64,000 nucleotides of DNA. It comes from the human T2T-CHM13v2.0 reference genome, Homo sapiens. A program made the translations under genes and the position numbers. The stretch lies in the NCBI RefSeq assembly GCF_009914755.1, contig NC_060928.1, one strand, 5' to 3'. Each line of letters starts with the position of its first letter. Within the stretch, counting starts at the first letter, position 1. Below the pieces are notes generated by a model that was not told the origin of the DNA, searched no databases, and saw only the letters and a list, made by a program, of their open reading frames with translations. Below, piece by piece: positions 13,276 through 26,724 of this stretch.

Positions 13276-13479
13276 AAGTTATTTGGTGGAATAACCCTGT
13301 CTTGAGAAAACAAACAGTCTTCAAGATGCTGAAACCACATGGTAAGGTAAAGTTTGGTAGAAACTGGTAGGGAAGGAGGGCAATGAGGAAAAGTAAGGAA
13401 AATCAGATAAGAAAATAACGGTAGTAATATAGGAGAAAAAAGATGAGGCCGTTGAGTAACCTTGATCGACATAGACCGG

Positions 13480-13600
13480 AGCATATATGAACCACGTAGA
13501 AAAATATTGGTATGACTTGGTAAATCATGTAATTAAAGGTACGACTTGAAGGGCAAGTAATATGTGACTCCAAGTTTCCTTTCTTAGAACATTATGACTA
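13480..13600 (-). mobile_element. L2 fragment
   Basis: gacttggtaaatcatg ... gtgactccaagtttcctttctt resembles antisense L2. Confidence 0.4.
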
Positions 13601-16600
13601 TTGAGTCCAGCATAGTGGAAATTTTCAAAAAGCAGGAAGGTTATATATAACTTATAAAATAAACTACAAAATTCTCAAACAAGTACAGTATATTAACAAT
13701 TAACATTGTTTAATTGTTTTAAAGTGAGGTTGATATATAAAATGGTTTAAATGTGTGGGAATCTGAATGTTTAATTGAGGCTCGAAGACAAATATCCGCA
13801 TTTCTTCCTCATGTCCTTTTAAAAGAAAATTCAGTGAACAGGTTTTGATTTCCATTGTAACATGGGAGCATACAGAGAAACTGGAAAAGCTAGCAGGAGT
13901 GTATTTGTCACTTAAGGTCCTCTGTTTGTTTCCTGACCCCTTTAAGGCCAGTTTCTATCGTAGTATTTGAATCAGCAAAAATGTGCATGTTTCACTTATC
14001 TGGTTTTTGTGACCAAAGAAAAAGCAAGTCCAGCAATCCTGTCATTTGTCTGACAAATCTTGGATAGATTCATCTAGGACCTACCTATAGGAAATGATGG
14101 TGTGGTTTACAGTGTCCATTTAAAACAGGAATATTCAAGAAAGCTTCCATCCCCAAGGCAAGCACACTTCTCTGTCAGCTAACAAGGTGACTTTCTTTCA
14201 TGCTTTGGTTCCTTTTGAAGCCTGTTCCTCACTATGCCCTATCCTCTCTCTACATCTGAATTAAGAAGCAATTGACTCTGACTTTTAAGTTCTGTCCACA
14301 CCTCCTAGGGGATTTTCTTTAAACAGAAGGAGATTGCCAGGAACTTAGGCGGTTTTTTTGTTTTGTTTTGTTTTGTTTTAAATAATGAAACAATGTAATG
14401 AAAAAGATATGCTTGTTATAAGCATGGAAAGACATGCTTAAAATAAGATTCCAACAATCTCCAAGTAAGTTTTTCTATTTGTTTTTTTTTAGATTCAATG
14501 TAATGCTGACCTTACAGGTTTATCCTCTCCCCCAAGAAAAACATACTTATCTTATATTCACATTTTAGATAGCAACCTTTTTTTCCTTAAGATTTGAGTA
14601 ATGCAATATGTGGTATAATCCCACATTATACTACTTAATATCTAAAACAACATTGGATGCAATACAGTTTGATCTTTAAATTCATGGAGCATGATACTTC
14701 TCCTTTAAATATTATTTTCTCAAAGGTTTTTCATTTTCAACTCACTGCCAGAAATAAGCCAATGGCTGTGTCCATGATGACATTTAAATTAAAATAAATT
14801 AAATTTAAGTTACTTTAATTTCATACATTCATCAAAACTCTTAAAAGTCTTTAGATCCTTGTCTCTGTAAACATGAGAGCAGAAGATTACCAGAGGCTAA
14901 GTAGGGATATTTATAATAATTTAGAGCAAAAATTGATTTACATTTTTGATACTATAATAATCTTATCATGTAAAAGTTACATTTATCAATTGCTTAACTA
15001 TGGATAGCAGCATGCAAGTTTTGAACAAAAAAAAGAGAGATCTTGATCTTAATGAAAGAATCACACAGAAAATAGAAAATGAGTTCATATTCTGAATGTA
15101 TGAAGTTACACAAGGAAAAAGAAACTAGGAAGCAAAGTAAAACAGCATTCAGGTATCCATAAGCTACAAATAAAAGGAATAAATTTCTTTTTATTTTGTA
15201 GGGATTTATTTGTACTTTGCATCATTAAGAGTAATTCTATGGATCCCCTGCATTCTAACTGGTCATCTGGAACATTTTGGCACTTATGCTTGTCCGCCGA
15301 GATTCTAAACTAAATCAGATGTTGAGACCACTACAGACATTTTTCAGAATATTTTGATGTTTTAAAATGTATGGTCAATAATTTCAAGGAAACAATAAGC
15401 TTCTCATTCTTTTGAATTGGTCCTCAGGAGTTTAGATTGAAACAAAACTTTTCTTCTGTTACAAATTAGATTTTTTTTTCAGATGATAACAAATTAGAGC
15501 CACATTATAATTTGTAATTCGTACTTCAGACTTGGCATGTATACACATTTCTAAGGACATTTTGGAGAAATATTCCAACTGTAACTTTAAAGAATATTCT
15601 TAGGTCTGTACTGAGCATTCTACTATGTAAATGGACTGTGCTAATGTGTTTGACTAAGAGTTATGGTTGGAATCGTTCTTAGATCCGTTCTGCTACTGTG
15701 CAAATAGACAGAGCCTTAGGTACCTTTATGCTCCACTAAATATTACTAGTAAAATTCCTTGTGTTATTAACATATCATAAAATAATATTTGCTTTCAGGC
15801 CCAATATATTCAGAAAACATAAAAACTGCACTACTTCAGATTTAATTGACCACAGGGTTAGTCCACATTGATAAAATCTGAATTATGGAAGAGTTTAAAA
15901 GAAATGCTGGTTGTTCGCTCTAGTGAAGGCCCCTAATAGATTATTAAATGCAATGAATATGACTGATTTGTTAAGAACCTTGCTGCAGTAATGTCCTTGA
16001 GTTCATGCCATGGAACTACTTTAAAAGTAAGGTCATTGTAGAATAGATTGTTTTGGTGACTTAGCAATTAACTGCTCTAAATACTGTCTAAGACTAATGT
16101 ACCTCATTTTCTATCTCTAGTTAATAAAATGACATTAAGTTTCCCACATATTTGACATCTGAAATTTCTCTTTCTTTTAAACAATTTTTATAATCTATTC
16201 AGTTTTCCCATGTAGATAAAAATTATTTCAACCTAGAGCTTATAAAATAATCACACATTAAAATTTGTGTTGTCTAGATTAAGCTGTACCCCATTTTAAT
16301 GCATTAACCTTGACAAAAGAACATTTCAGACTCCTTTAAAAGCAATAAATTTTTAATATCAACTGATGTTTACCAAGATTCTTGTTCTCAATGAAATTTT
16401 ATTTTCATTAACATCCAAGTATACTCTTTTAATTCCTTTTGTGTTTTTAAAATATTCATAATGCCATTCATGAATCACTCTACGGCATCATCATACATTA
16501 ACTTTGTTTTTTAATACAATGCCAGTAAATTTCCTCGTGTGTATTGCTTTATTTCAGCATCAAACCCCCAAACAAAACCAACAATAGAGTCAGCATCTCA

Positions 16601-18929
16601 CTTCACAAATGAAAGTGTGAGTCTCAGAATCTCCCCCAGCTCCTCGGCCAGCTTTGGCTCCGGTTCAGGGCCATCTTCTGATGTAAACGTCAGAACTCAT
16701 TCTGTGCCATCCAGTTGCTGCTCTTTCTAAAGAAGAGAATACTGAGCATGAAGGATGAGATGCATCTTTTAACCACCCTCTCCTACCTTAATGCTAAGTC
16801 TTAACATTCTGAAAAATCCTTGCGATTGTGGAATTACTGTATCTTTCCTGGTATGATTTACAATGAAACACATCTTTGCTCTGCTAAAGCATTCAAATCA
16901 CCCACTTCAAATTGGCTGTGCCCCACTCTTTCCGGGTTCAAGCACATAGTCTAAAAAAAAACAGGGCGTGTCAGTCTCCCATATAATATAAACTTTCCAA
17001 GAGTGAGTGAGGGACAGTCTCTCTTTCCCTGTTGCCCAAAACAGGTTGGGCAGAAGTTTTGCTTTAGTTTGTGCAGCTCCAATATGGTGTTATTTTAAAC
17101 AGAATTTATCACTTATACTCCTGTGAGGGAGCAAAGATGTGATGAGATAAAAGAAATGAAGCTTCAAGTTATCTTTCTAATACTCCTACCTGGGATTACT
17201 TTCAAAGAGTGTGTTTGCTCTTATCTCAGGGGAAATTCTCCTTCCTCTGGACTACAACATTCAGGTAAAGTATTTTAGAAAACATGGTATACTGTTTGTG
17301 AAGATAGCAAAAATATCTATCTTTTGAGAGTCTCTTACATAGAATACTATATCAAATATATTTATTCTTTTAGCTTATTTCTGGACCCTTACTCCTTTTC
17401 CAAAGACAAAGTGTCAATGGAGAACAAATAAATTTTTCTTCTGTATGCTCAAAAGATTGTCTGAGGTGGGCTTTTCATCACAGCTTTCAGATTCTAGTCT
17501 AAGCTTTAATTTTGTGTGTGAATAAGTCATTACCAATACAAATGCAGTTCTGCCATAGAACGACCAACAGCTAATCAGTTATTCCATTAAGCACATTTTT
17601 AAGCTTACTTTGCCTTGAAGTAAGAGTATTTTATAGAAAGAAACGAACACACAGGTTATCTGCAAACTATATATCTCAGACAAAAACCTATTTTTCCATG
17701 AAAGAAAGTGGTATCCAAAGGATTAAAATTATGCATTAGTTTACTAATCTTAAAAGGAGGAAGGTTTAATGCAAATATCACACTATTCTAAATAGCAAGG
17801 AAGAAAAAAGGCAACAGTTTTTAAAATGCCAAAAACTTCCTATTTCCTCAACAACATGCAATCAGAGACAGAGTTTCAAGGACAAAAAGCATGTGTGTGT
17901 GCGTGCGTTTCAGCTCTTAAAAGAATAAAAGAAACTTCTCACAGCTGAAGCACAGTAGTGTTCTAATCAACAGAAGGACATGTAGGGAGTTGAAGTAGAT
18001 TTTCATTTCTGAGAACGCACATTTATATTATTTTCAAGAGATTTTTAATTTAATTTCATGTACATTTGTAGAAGCCAGGATTCTTGCAAACTTTTTTTAA
18101 GGTTTCAGTATATACCAACTTACATCACAATTTCTAGATTTAACTGAAAACCTTAAAGGAATTGAGTGAGAATCAAACATCTAAATAAAGATTTCCCTTA
18201 ATCTTCCACGTTTTCATAGAAACAGCAAAGAAAAAAGTTGCTTGTTTCTATTAGAAGCAATTAGTGAGCCATCTCATCTCGTTGAGGGTGAGATTTATTA
18301 CTTGGCAGTTAAGTGTACCTTTCTTATTCATAATAACAGCCACCTGAAATATCTTTAGTAACTTAACACATACTTTGATTATAGCCCTGAATTTGACTTG
18401 CCACATCACAACCAAACAGAATCGCTTCTGTTAAATATAATTTGGAGATATTGGTGTGTTTGCGGGTGTTTTGTTTAGACTTCATTTTAGTACATTATTT
18501 AGTGCTGATTTCACATTAATAGGCATTTCATTTTACCCCTGGTTCTGAGGTTTTAAAAATCATGCTTCAGTTTATATGCAAATATTGAAACAAGAATGTA
18601 AAATAGTTCTAAACTCTAAATGTTTTCCCTTATCAAAGTTCCAGAAAAATGCATCACTCAAATTGTATATAGTAAAAAATATATAAAGTTGCTCTTTCTT
18701 TTTCAAATTAAGATTAACCAAATTATCTTAGATATCACTGATACAAAAGTGGGGGGAACCAAATAGAAATCATCAATGTATGTGTTCTCTAAAATATGTT
18801 ACTTTCCATTCAGTAAATGTTACGTACTTCTTCCTTAGAAGTATATTTCATGCTATGGATAGAAAGGAAAAGAATGAGTTGACCCCAACTCTAAGAAGTT
18901 AATAGAACAGCTTCAGTTGATAAGTGAAA

Positions 18930-18930
<1 letters not shown>

Positions 18931-18979
<49 letters not shown>

Positions 18980-18993
18980 TAGAGAGAGAGAGA
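18931..18993. repeat. (CA)16(GA)n compound microsatellite
   Basis: Read directly. Confidence 0.95.
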
Positions 18994-19172
18994 AAGGTTA
19001 CTAAGAATAAAAGAAACTGTTTTTCAAAATGAATTGGAAGGTAGGAAGCGCTTGTAAAGGGTAGACTAGAATAGGTTCAACTTGGGCCATATCGGTCGAG
19101 AGAGACCTGGAAAATGATTTGGCTATTAACTGATGGATGATGCAGGCAGAAGAGAAGATATAGAAGACCACT

Positions 19173-19567
19173 TGTTGTCAGTTGGGTTCTCTGGAAGCAG
19201 AGGCTTAGATGGGGTTTGGGGCTCAGGATGTTTATTTGGAATGTACACTTAAGCAGGATTGGGCAGTGGGAGGAGTCAAACCATGGTAGGAGCCTGACAA
19301 AGCCTCAGCCAACCCAGCAAGATGTCAGGAACCTGCATGTCCCATCATAGCATCTTGCATCAGGCCAAAGTGGATCTTCAGACTCTTCCTGGGTTGATCA
19401 CCAGGAGTGTAAAGGACTTGACCTTGGCCTAGTTGGCCTTCTGCAGCTGAGGCTGTCCCTGAAGTTTTTGAGACCTGGAGACGGTCGCTGATCATATTGA
19501 CCATGGATAGGGAGCAAGTCCTTACTTGAAGGAAGATATGGGTGGCCCAGCCTCACATCTGCCATAC
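19173..19567 (-). mobile_element. LTR16-family (ERVL) solo LTR
   Basis: tgttgtcagttgggttctctggaagcaga ... aagcaggattgggcag ... gcctcagccaaccc ... tgcagctgaggc ... caagtccttacttgaagg follows the recalled antisense LTR16 layout. Confidence 0.75.
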
Positions 19568-19899
19568 CAATGCATGAGCAATAGCACACATCAGACATTG
19601 GAGGAAAGCATGAGCAAGGTGTACTTAGGGCAGACAGTCGCTGGTGACGAAACCCTGGAGTTGAGGGTCATAGCAGACCACAATCTCAAGAAAACAGAGC
19701 ACCATGCTGGGAAGGTATTTAAATGCCGGTGTGAGGATTTTGCTCTTCATAGGGGAAGAAGTGTAAATTAAATGAGAATGTGGCAAAGCAGCACTTGGGA
19801 AAAATTTTGTATGTGCTTTTGAAGGCCATGTATCTATTAGGAGAATAGGGAGAGGTGAGGGAAGCAGGATGATAGTGCTTGTTAAAAATGACTTCTGCT

Positions 19900-20514
<615 letters not shown>

Positions 20515-20711
20515 CTATGAAAGATAGCTACACACCTTAAACTACCAAAGTTAGAGCAAACACACCTTAAACTACCAAAGTATTTCAGGAAAATATGCTG
20601 TTTAAACAAGTAATTTTGGGCAAAAGAGACCTTCGACGAAACAGGTTGTTCAAAACTTTTTTTTTTTAAGTTCATGTCTGCCCTGCAACCAGAAGTTGGC
20701 ACATATTTGAC

Positions 20712-21060
20712 TCATTCCAATCAATCAACTGGCCCCTCATTTACCAAATGTTTACTGAATACCTGCTAAGCGAATGAATTTTGTTCCCTGTTATGAGTAG
20801 CTCACAGTGTAATGAGGGAGATAAAATGAATAGATAATTTGTAATACAGCATTATCACCACTGGAAATGCGCGGTGAGGGTGGCAATAGTTTCACCTGGA
20901 AGTGACTCTCCAGCTAAGGGCTTTGTGTTCTATGATAAAACGATAAAGAAACATTAAAGGAGGTAATAAGACTACATTCATATTTTAGAGAGGTGACCTG
21001 TGATAGTTAGGAGTTGGAAAACCAAGTTGGAAAGCTGTTGCAAGAGCTCAGATAGTACAG
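20712..21060 (-). mobile_element. L2 3' region fragments
   Basis: catttaccaaatgtttactgaatacctgcta ... gttccctg ... gctcacagtgtaatgagggaga ... aagctgttgcaagagctcaga. Confidence 0.55.
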
Positions 21061-21071
21061 AAAAGATGCTA

Positions 21072-21195
21072 ATTAAGATTTATTGAGCACCTATAATGTG
21101 CCCCGCTGTGTTCTAATTATATATATATATAAAAATATATATATTTATATATATATTTATATATATTTATATATATACAATTTAATCTTCACAAT
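21072..21195 (-). mobile_element. MIR fragment interrupted by a (TA)n tract (21118-21177)
   Basis: atttattgagcacctataatgtgcc...tgttcta [TA tract] atttaatcttcacaa. Confidence 0.6.
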
Positions 21196-21907
21196 GGTGA
21201 AGTTTGAAATGAGTGATATGTTGTTTGGATTTTTCTTATAATTATATCAACTCAATGTTGGCTTCTAACATTGGCAAACTCAGGTGATTAAGAATTGTGG
21301 TTGATGTCATCAATAACAGTTTTTAAAAAGCAAAGATAAAATTTGGAAAAAAAATTAAGAGGACCATGGTGAAAGATAAGTATTGTTGCTTAAGAGAAAG
21401 AAAATGACGTTAATAGAACAGGAAATATTGTTTAAGAAGTAAAAGTTAATTCTCTTGTGCAAAATTCAACTAATTTATAAAAATCACAAACTACACACCT
21501 TCACATACACACACTAAAATATTGAGGGAGAAGTATCAGTAAACATGGAAAGGAGGATATAAAACTAGAGTATGCTTTTAAACTCAATATGCTTGAGCAA
21601 CAATAAATAGAATGACAACATATTTACAGAGGAACAAAATTAGCCTAAGGAAAATACTCTTAAAATACAGTGAAACCCACTGAAATAGTCACAGTCAGCA
21701 TCCAGCCTGTGGGTGTGCATGTATGTGTATTTAATCTCAGTTACAAGCCTTGGAAGAGAGAAATGAAAAGGAAAGGATAAAAGAAAACACAAAAAATATT
21801 AATATTTGTAGAGAATTTAAACATAGTTTGCAACACCCATGAATACCATCACTCTCATCACTGACTTCTTCATTACATTCATCTCTAACATTATAAATAT
21901 GCAAATT

Positions 21908-22008
21908 ATGTGTGTATATATACACATGCAGTATATATAAGTGTATGTGTATATACATATATACATATATATACACATATATATATACACACACACACAC
22001 ATATACAT
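21908..22008. repeat. (TA)/(CA)/(TG) mixed microsatellite
   Basis: Read directly; source of the I/Y/V/C-rich spurious ORFs. Confidence 0.9.
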
Positions 22009-22019
22009 GCAGTCCCTCT

Positions 22020-22132
22020 CCCCGACATCATAAGTTCCATGAGGCGGGGTTTTGCCATGTTCAAAACTGTGTCAATAATTGTGTCTTGGCACATGCTAGA
22101 TGTTAGCATTCGTTGAATGCTAAATGAATGAG
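22020..22132 (+). mobile_element. L2 3' terminus
   Basis: taagttccatgaggcgggg ... tggcacatgctagatg ... ttgaatgctaaatgaatga. Confidence 0.7.
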
Positions 22133-22189
22133 ATGTACATATTATTTCTTTTTATTTTATAATTAAGAAATAACATAGTATTTCTTAAA

Positions 22190-22305
22190 TTTTAAGAAAA
22201 ACTGAATAAACTTACATTCACTTGCTCAAGATTGCCAAAGTGTGGAGCCAAATTTTGAACCCAAGTTCAATTGGTCTAATGACCATATCTTTTGCTGTAT
22301 AAGCA
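22190..22305 (-). mobile_element. MIR fragment
   Basis: aaaactga ... acttgctcaaga ... ggagccaaattttgaacccaag. Confidence 0.55.
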
Positions 22306-22416
22306 CTGCCTTTTGAGGTGTTAAAGAACCATCTCCCATTAGACTTTTCTTTAATTTGCCTGATTTGATTTTGTGTGGTATATAAAACGTGGAGAAGGAT
22401 GATGGTGAATTATATA

Positions 22417-22583
22417 GGCATGGTGGCGAGGCCCACCTTTAGTCCTAGCCACTTGGAAGGCTGAGGCAGGATGATCACTTGAGCCCAGGAGATTGTAGTG
22501 AGCTATGATCATGCCACTGCACTCCAGCTTGGGAAACACAGCTAGACCCTGTCTCTATAACAAATAATAATAATAAATAAAAA
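22417..22583 (+). mobile_element. FRAM / AluJ right monomer
   Basis: gatcacttgagcccagga ... gtgagctatgatcatgccactgcactccagc with an internal deletion and (TAA)n tail. Confidence 0.88.
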
Positions 22584-22614
22584 TTTTAAAATGAAAAGGA
22601 GTTATGATGGTGTA

Positions 22615-22968
22615 TTTCTTAGTCCATTTGTGACTGCTATAACAAAATACCATAAACTGTGTGGCTTATAAATAAGCATAAATTTATTTCTCACAGTTCT
22701 GGACCTGGGAAATCCAAGTTTAGTATCCAGTAAAGGACCCACTTCCCAGTTGACAGACAGTGCCTTTTAGCTGTGTCCTCAGTAGAAGGGGTGATAGAGC
22801 TTCTTGGGGCTCTTTTATGAAAGCAGTAATCTCATTTAGGAGGGCCTCTAAAGACCTAATCACCCTCCCAAATGCCCCACCTCTTAACACAATCACCTTG
22901 AGAGTTAGGATTTCAACACATGAAATCTGGGGGGTTCCAGGGAGGGGACAAACATTGAGACTGTAGCA
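22615..22968 (-). mobile_element. MLT1A/MLT1A0 (MaLR) solo LTR
   Basis: cttagtccatttgtgactgctataacaaaataccat ... ttaggatttcaacacatgaa ... acaaacattgagactgtagca. Confidence 0.9.
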
Positions 22969-23037
22969 GATTACCACTGAAACATCTTTAAAGATTAAGT
23001 TCATGGTTCACAGCAGCTTTATAAAAGAAAAACGGAT

Positions 23038-23039
<2 letters not shown>

Positions 23040-23089
<50 letters not shown>

Positions 23090-23376
23090 AGACGGAGTCT
23101 CGCTCTGTCGCCCAGGCCAGACTGCGGACTGCAGTGGCGCAATCTCGGCTCACTGCAAGCTCCGCTTCCCCGGGTTCACGCCATTCTCCTGCCTCAGCCT
23201 CCCGAGTAGCTGGGACTACAGGCGCCCGCCACCGCGCCCGGCTAATTTTTTGTATTTTTAGTAGAGACGGGGTTTCACCTTGTTAGCCAGGATGGTCTCG
23301 ATCTCCTGACCTCATGATCCACCCGCCTCGGCCTCCCAAAGTGCTGGGATTACAGGCGTGAGCCACCGCGCCCGGC
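23040..23376 (-). mobile_element. AluYb8 (human-specific)
   Basis: 7-bp duplication (gactgcggactgc) plus gcgcaatctc, ccgcttccc, caccttgttag and ctcatgatccaccc diagnostics; T49 tail; perfect 15-bp TSD gaaaaacggattctt at 23027-23041 and 23377-23391. Confidence 0.97.
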
Positions 23377-24262
23377 GAAAAACGGATTCTTGAAAACTAA
23401 TTGACAATATGCATCTTTTCACTTTGTGACAAATGATGATGTAAATAATATTCTATTTTAAAGTTGTAATGTAATATGTCTATCTGCACCAAACATTTTG
23501 TTATACTTTAATGGTTGTAGAAAACAATCAGTGAATTTTGAATTTGCATGAAGCCAATCTTATGTATTATCACTTTCATGATAAAACATAATCAAGTGGT
23601 AAGAAGCAGAGATCTGAGGAATTTTTTGTGGTCATTGTTTTTAACATGCTGGGCAAATCGGTTCATTAATTATCTCTTTTTCATAAGTAACACCAAAGTA
23701 AAAGCACTTAGCTGGCTCCTCTTGGATGTTAGAGAGTGAACACAACTCCTGTGGACTTAACGCAGGCTGATGAATCCATTAAGTTATGAGCTCTTTTGCT
23801 AAACACAAAAAGGGATGCCCAGATGTGTCTATATATGATCATCTTATTTTTGCCAGACTCCTGATTGGTAGTAATTACTTGAGCAGAATGAATGCTGAGA
23901 TCACTGTTGTGTATATTAAGACAGGAATCAATACAATGAATCGTAGTTAATGTATTTTGAACATAAGACGTGAACTGAGCTTCTCACACCTTTCTTTTTA
24001 TATTTACTTATATTTGTCACTGAAATTTTGGGGATCATTCTAATTTAGTAGTGATCGTATAAATATATTTATAGTTTTCATAATTTAAAAAATCAATTTC
24101 ACAGTTGTTAATGTGGCTGCTGTTTTATTCAAATGAAGCAGAAGAGGTAAAACTGCGTGGTGAATGCATACACTTAAAACATTTCTTGTATACTTCCCAT
24201 TGCTCTAATAAAACGAAAGTTATATTCTCATTTGTTATCTATGTCTAATGTCTCACAAATAC

Positions 24263-24553
24263 TTTTTTTTTTTTTTTTTTGAGACGGAGTCTCGCTCTGT
24301 CACCCAGGCTGGAGTCCAGTGGTGCAATCTCGGCTCACTGCAACCTCTCCCTCAAGCTATTCTCCTGCCTCAGTCTCCCGAGTAGGTGGGACTACAGGCA
24401 TGTGCTACCACACCTGGCTAATTTTTTGTATTTTTAGTAGTGTTGGGTTTTCACCATGTTAGCTAGGATGGTCTTGATCTCCTGACCTCGTGATCTGCCA
24501 ACCTCGGCCTCCCAAAGTGCTGGGATTACAGGCGTGAACCACCACACCCGGCC
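24263..24553 (-). mobile_element. AluSc/Sc8-like
   Basis: Full antisense dimer with a small deletion; TSD ctcacaaatactttt at 24252-24266 and 24554-24568. Confidence 0.95.
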
Positions 24554-25309
24554 CTCACAAATACTTTTATACAGCCACTAAAGAATACTTTAGTCCTTTA
24601 GTTCGTATTATGCAGCTGTCTTTCTACAGATTAGCTTTTATTATTACCCATTAATTCTGCTAGAGTCGTTCTGCCCTTTTTGGAGGTTTACTTTTTCTTT
24701 ATCTCTAAAAGCACCCTGGTCACACAGGCTCATGCGTGTGCATATGCAGAGCATAACTGCCATGTTTTCTCTTTCTTCTCCTCCTCCTCCACTTGCTTCT
24801 CTTTCTCCCTTGCTCGTTATTGGTTGTTGATTGCATCTAGTATCTCTCCCTGGGATATTTTGCTAACGTATGAAGTGGTGTTGGTATGTGCAGTGCTTGG
24901 CCCTGTAATTGGTTAACATTAACAACCTGAGCTTTGTTGTATTTGTAAACATGTCTGTTACCTATCTACATTTATAAAGGTATTACAAAATACTTGCTGA
25001 ATTTTGATATCTTTTTTTAATATTCTAATATAATTTATATTTAACTAAGAAATTATTTGTTTTTTGATGGCACTTGCATGTTGAATCCAGTGTTGCTAAT
25101 TGTAATGCTTATTACATTCCTTACCTAATTTCTGCTTACATTTTCCGAAAGTGACACCTGCCTTCTCCCTCCCTCCCATGTTTCAGAATATTTAAATCCC
25201 AGTGAGTCTTTTTGTTGTTGCTGTTGTTTTATTTTAACCTGATGCATAATTGGTGATAGTGTTCTGCCGTTTGAAATTTCACAAAAAGTTTGCATGATGT
25301 GCATTTCTT

Positions 25310-25480
25310 CAAAGCCACTTGCAAGTATTCCACTTCATTGAGATCAAGATTTTTCATCTTTTAAAAGCAGATACTGTAATAAATATTGCCTATCTCAAAG
25401 GGTCGTTATGAGAATTTAATAAAGTCATATGTGGAAAATACCTAATAAAGTGCCTAGCCTGTCGCTAACATTAGTTTTTA
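25310..25480 (+). mobile_element. MIR
   Basis: tttttcatcttttaaaa ... cctatctcaaagggtcgttatgagaatttaat ... atatgtggaaa ... aaagtgcctagc. Confidence 0.65.
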
Positions 25481-26287
25481 CTATTTTTCTGTATGATTGT
25501 TAGGATCTATAATTTTTCAAATACGTAAGTAATTTTCAACAAAAAGTCACAGTCTAACACTTAAGGCCATTGGCATTTGTCAAAATTCAGATCTTTCTGT
25601 TTGATTGAAAGAGTGAATAGTAATATATTTTTTCCTGGAATATTTTTGAGTAATGTTAAATATGTGAGTCATTATTACCAGAAACTATGATGCTAAACGT
25701 TTGTATTTTCAATGCCTTACCAACTTCTTTCCTCATGTCAAAAAAAATGATAACCTCTGAAATTGGTAGTTTTATCTGGTCTAATTAATTCCTTCTGTTA
25801 AACCATAGTAATTATTAGAAAGAGTAATTCGGTGGTAGAGGGAACAGAAAGAAAAGATGACTCTGTATTTCTGATTTACCTAAGAAACAGAAATAAAAGT
25901 GTTGGCGGGGGAAACACACCATAGTAAGTTTAACTTTCTGTTGAGCCCTAAAACAGCTCAGTCAGTGTAGATCAGGTACAATAGCACCTCTTTTATCCCC
26001 ATCTCTCTTTTTTTTTCTCCAAAAGCAACAAAAATGTATGCTTAGCTCCAGGGGAGAACTGCTTTCCTCAAGCTGGAATCCTGTACAACTGTCATCTCCA
26101 ATACACTTCTACACCTATTTTACAAAGAAACTTCTTGCATTTCTTGGGTTTGTGAATGGTTAGTTTCAAAGTCCCTTTTAAAACAGCTTTACAAGACCTT
26201 TAACTCTGCATAAACCCACAGTTTCCTTCTCCAAGTTTACAAAAGCTGATCCCTGAGCTATGGGATAAGAAATAAGTCACCGTTATC

Positions 26288-26289
<2 letters not shown>

Positions 26290-26334
<45 letters not shown>
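26290..26334. repeat. (TG)22 microsatellite
   Basis: Read directly. Confidence 0.97.
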
Positions 26335-26338
<4 letters not shown>

Positions 26339-26724
26339 TTGAACCTATTAAATTGGTACTAAAGGACTAAAGGTCAGATGCAAAAGCATTGGAAAAAAAT
26401 CAAAAATTTTCTTTGCATTTTGAGTATTAGTTATTTCCCTGTGATAACTTATCTCATAGTGATTTTATTACATTAAGTTGTTGTGTTTTATTTATTGTAT
26501 TTGAATTCTAAAAGTGGCAGAAATTTTACATAGTAATTCCCAATTCAGTGCATGTTTTCATTAAAATAACCACTTAAAAATGACATGTATTACCTGCCCC
26601 CTGTTTTAAGACTGAAATCAGTAACAGGGTAATAATTTCAGTGAATGTTCTGGATTAGATTGGTTCTGTACTGGATTACATGGATACATGATCCTAGGAT
26701 CCATGAATATCTAAGATACAATAG

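Noticed and set aside
21737-22116. Overlapping I/Y/C/V-rich ORFs (also 33760-35145 and 41719-41974)
   Set aside because: Translations of dinucleotide microsatellites.
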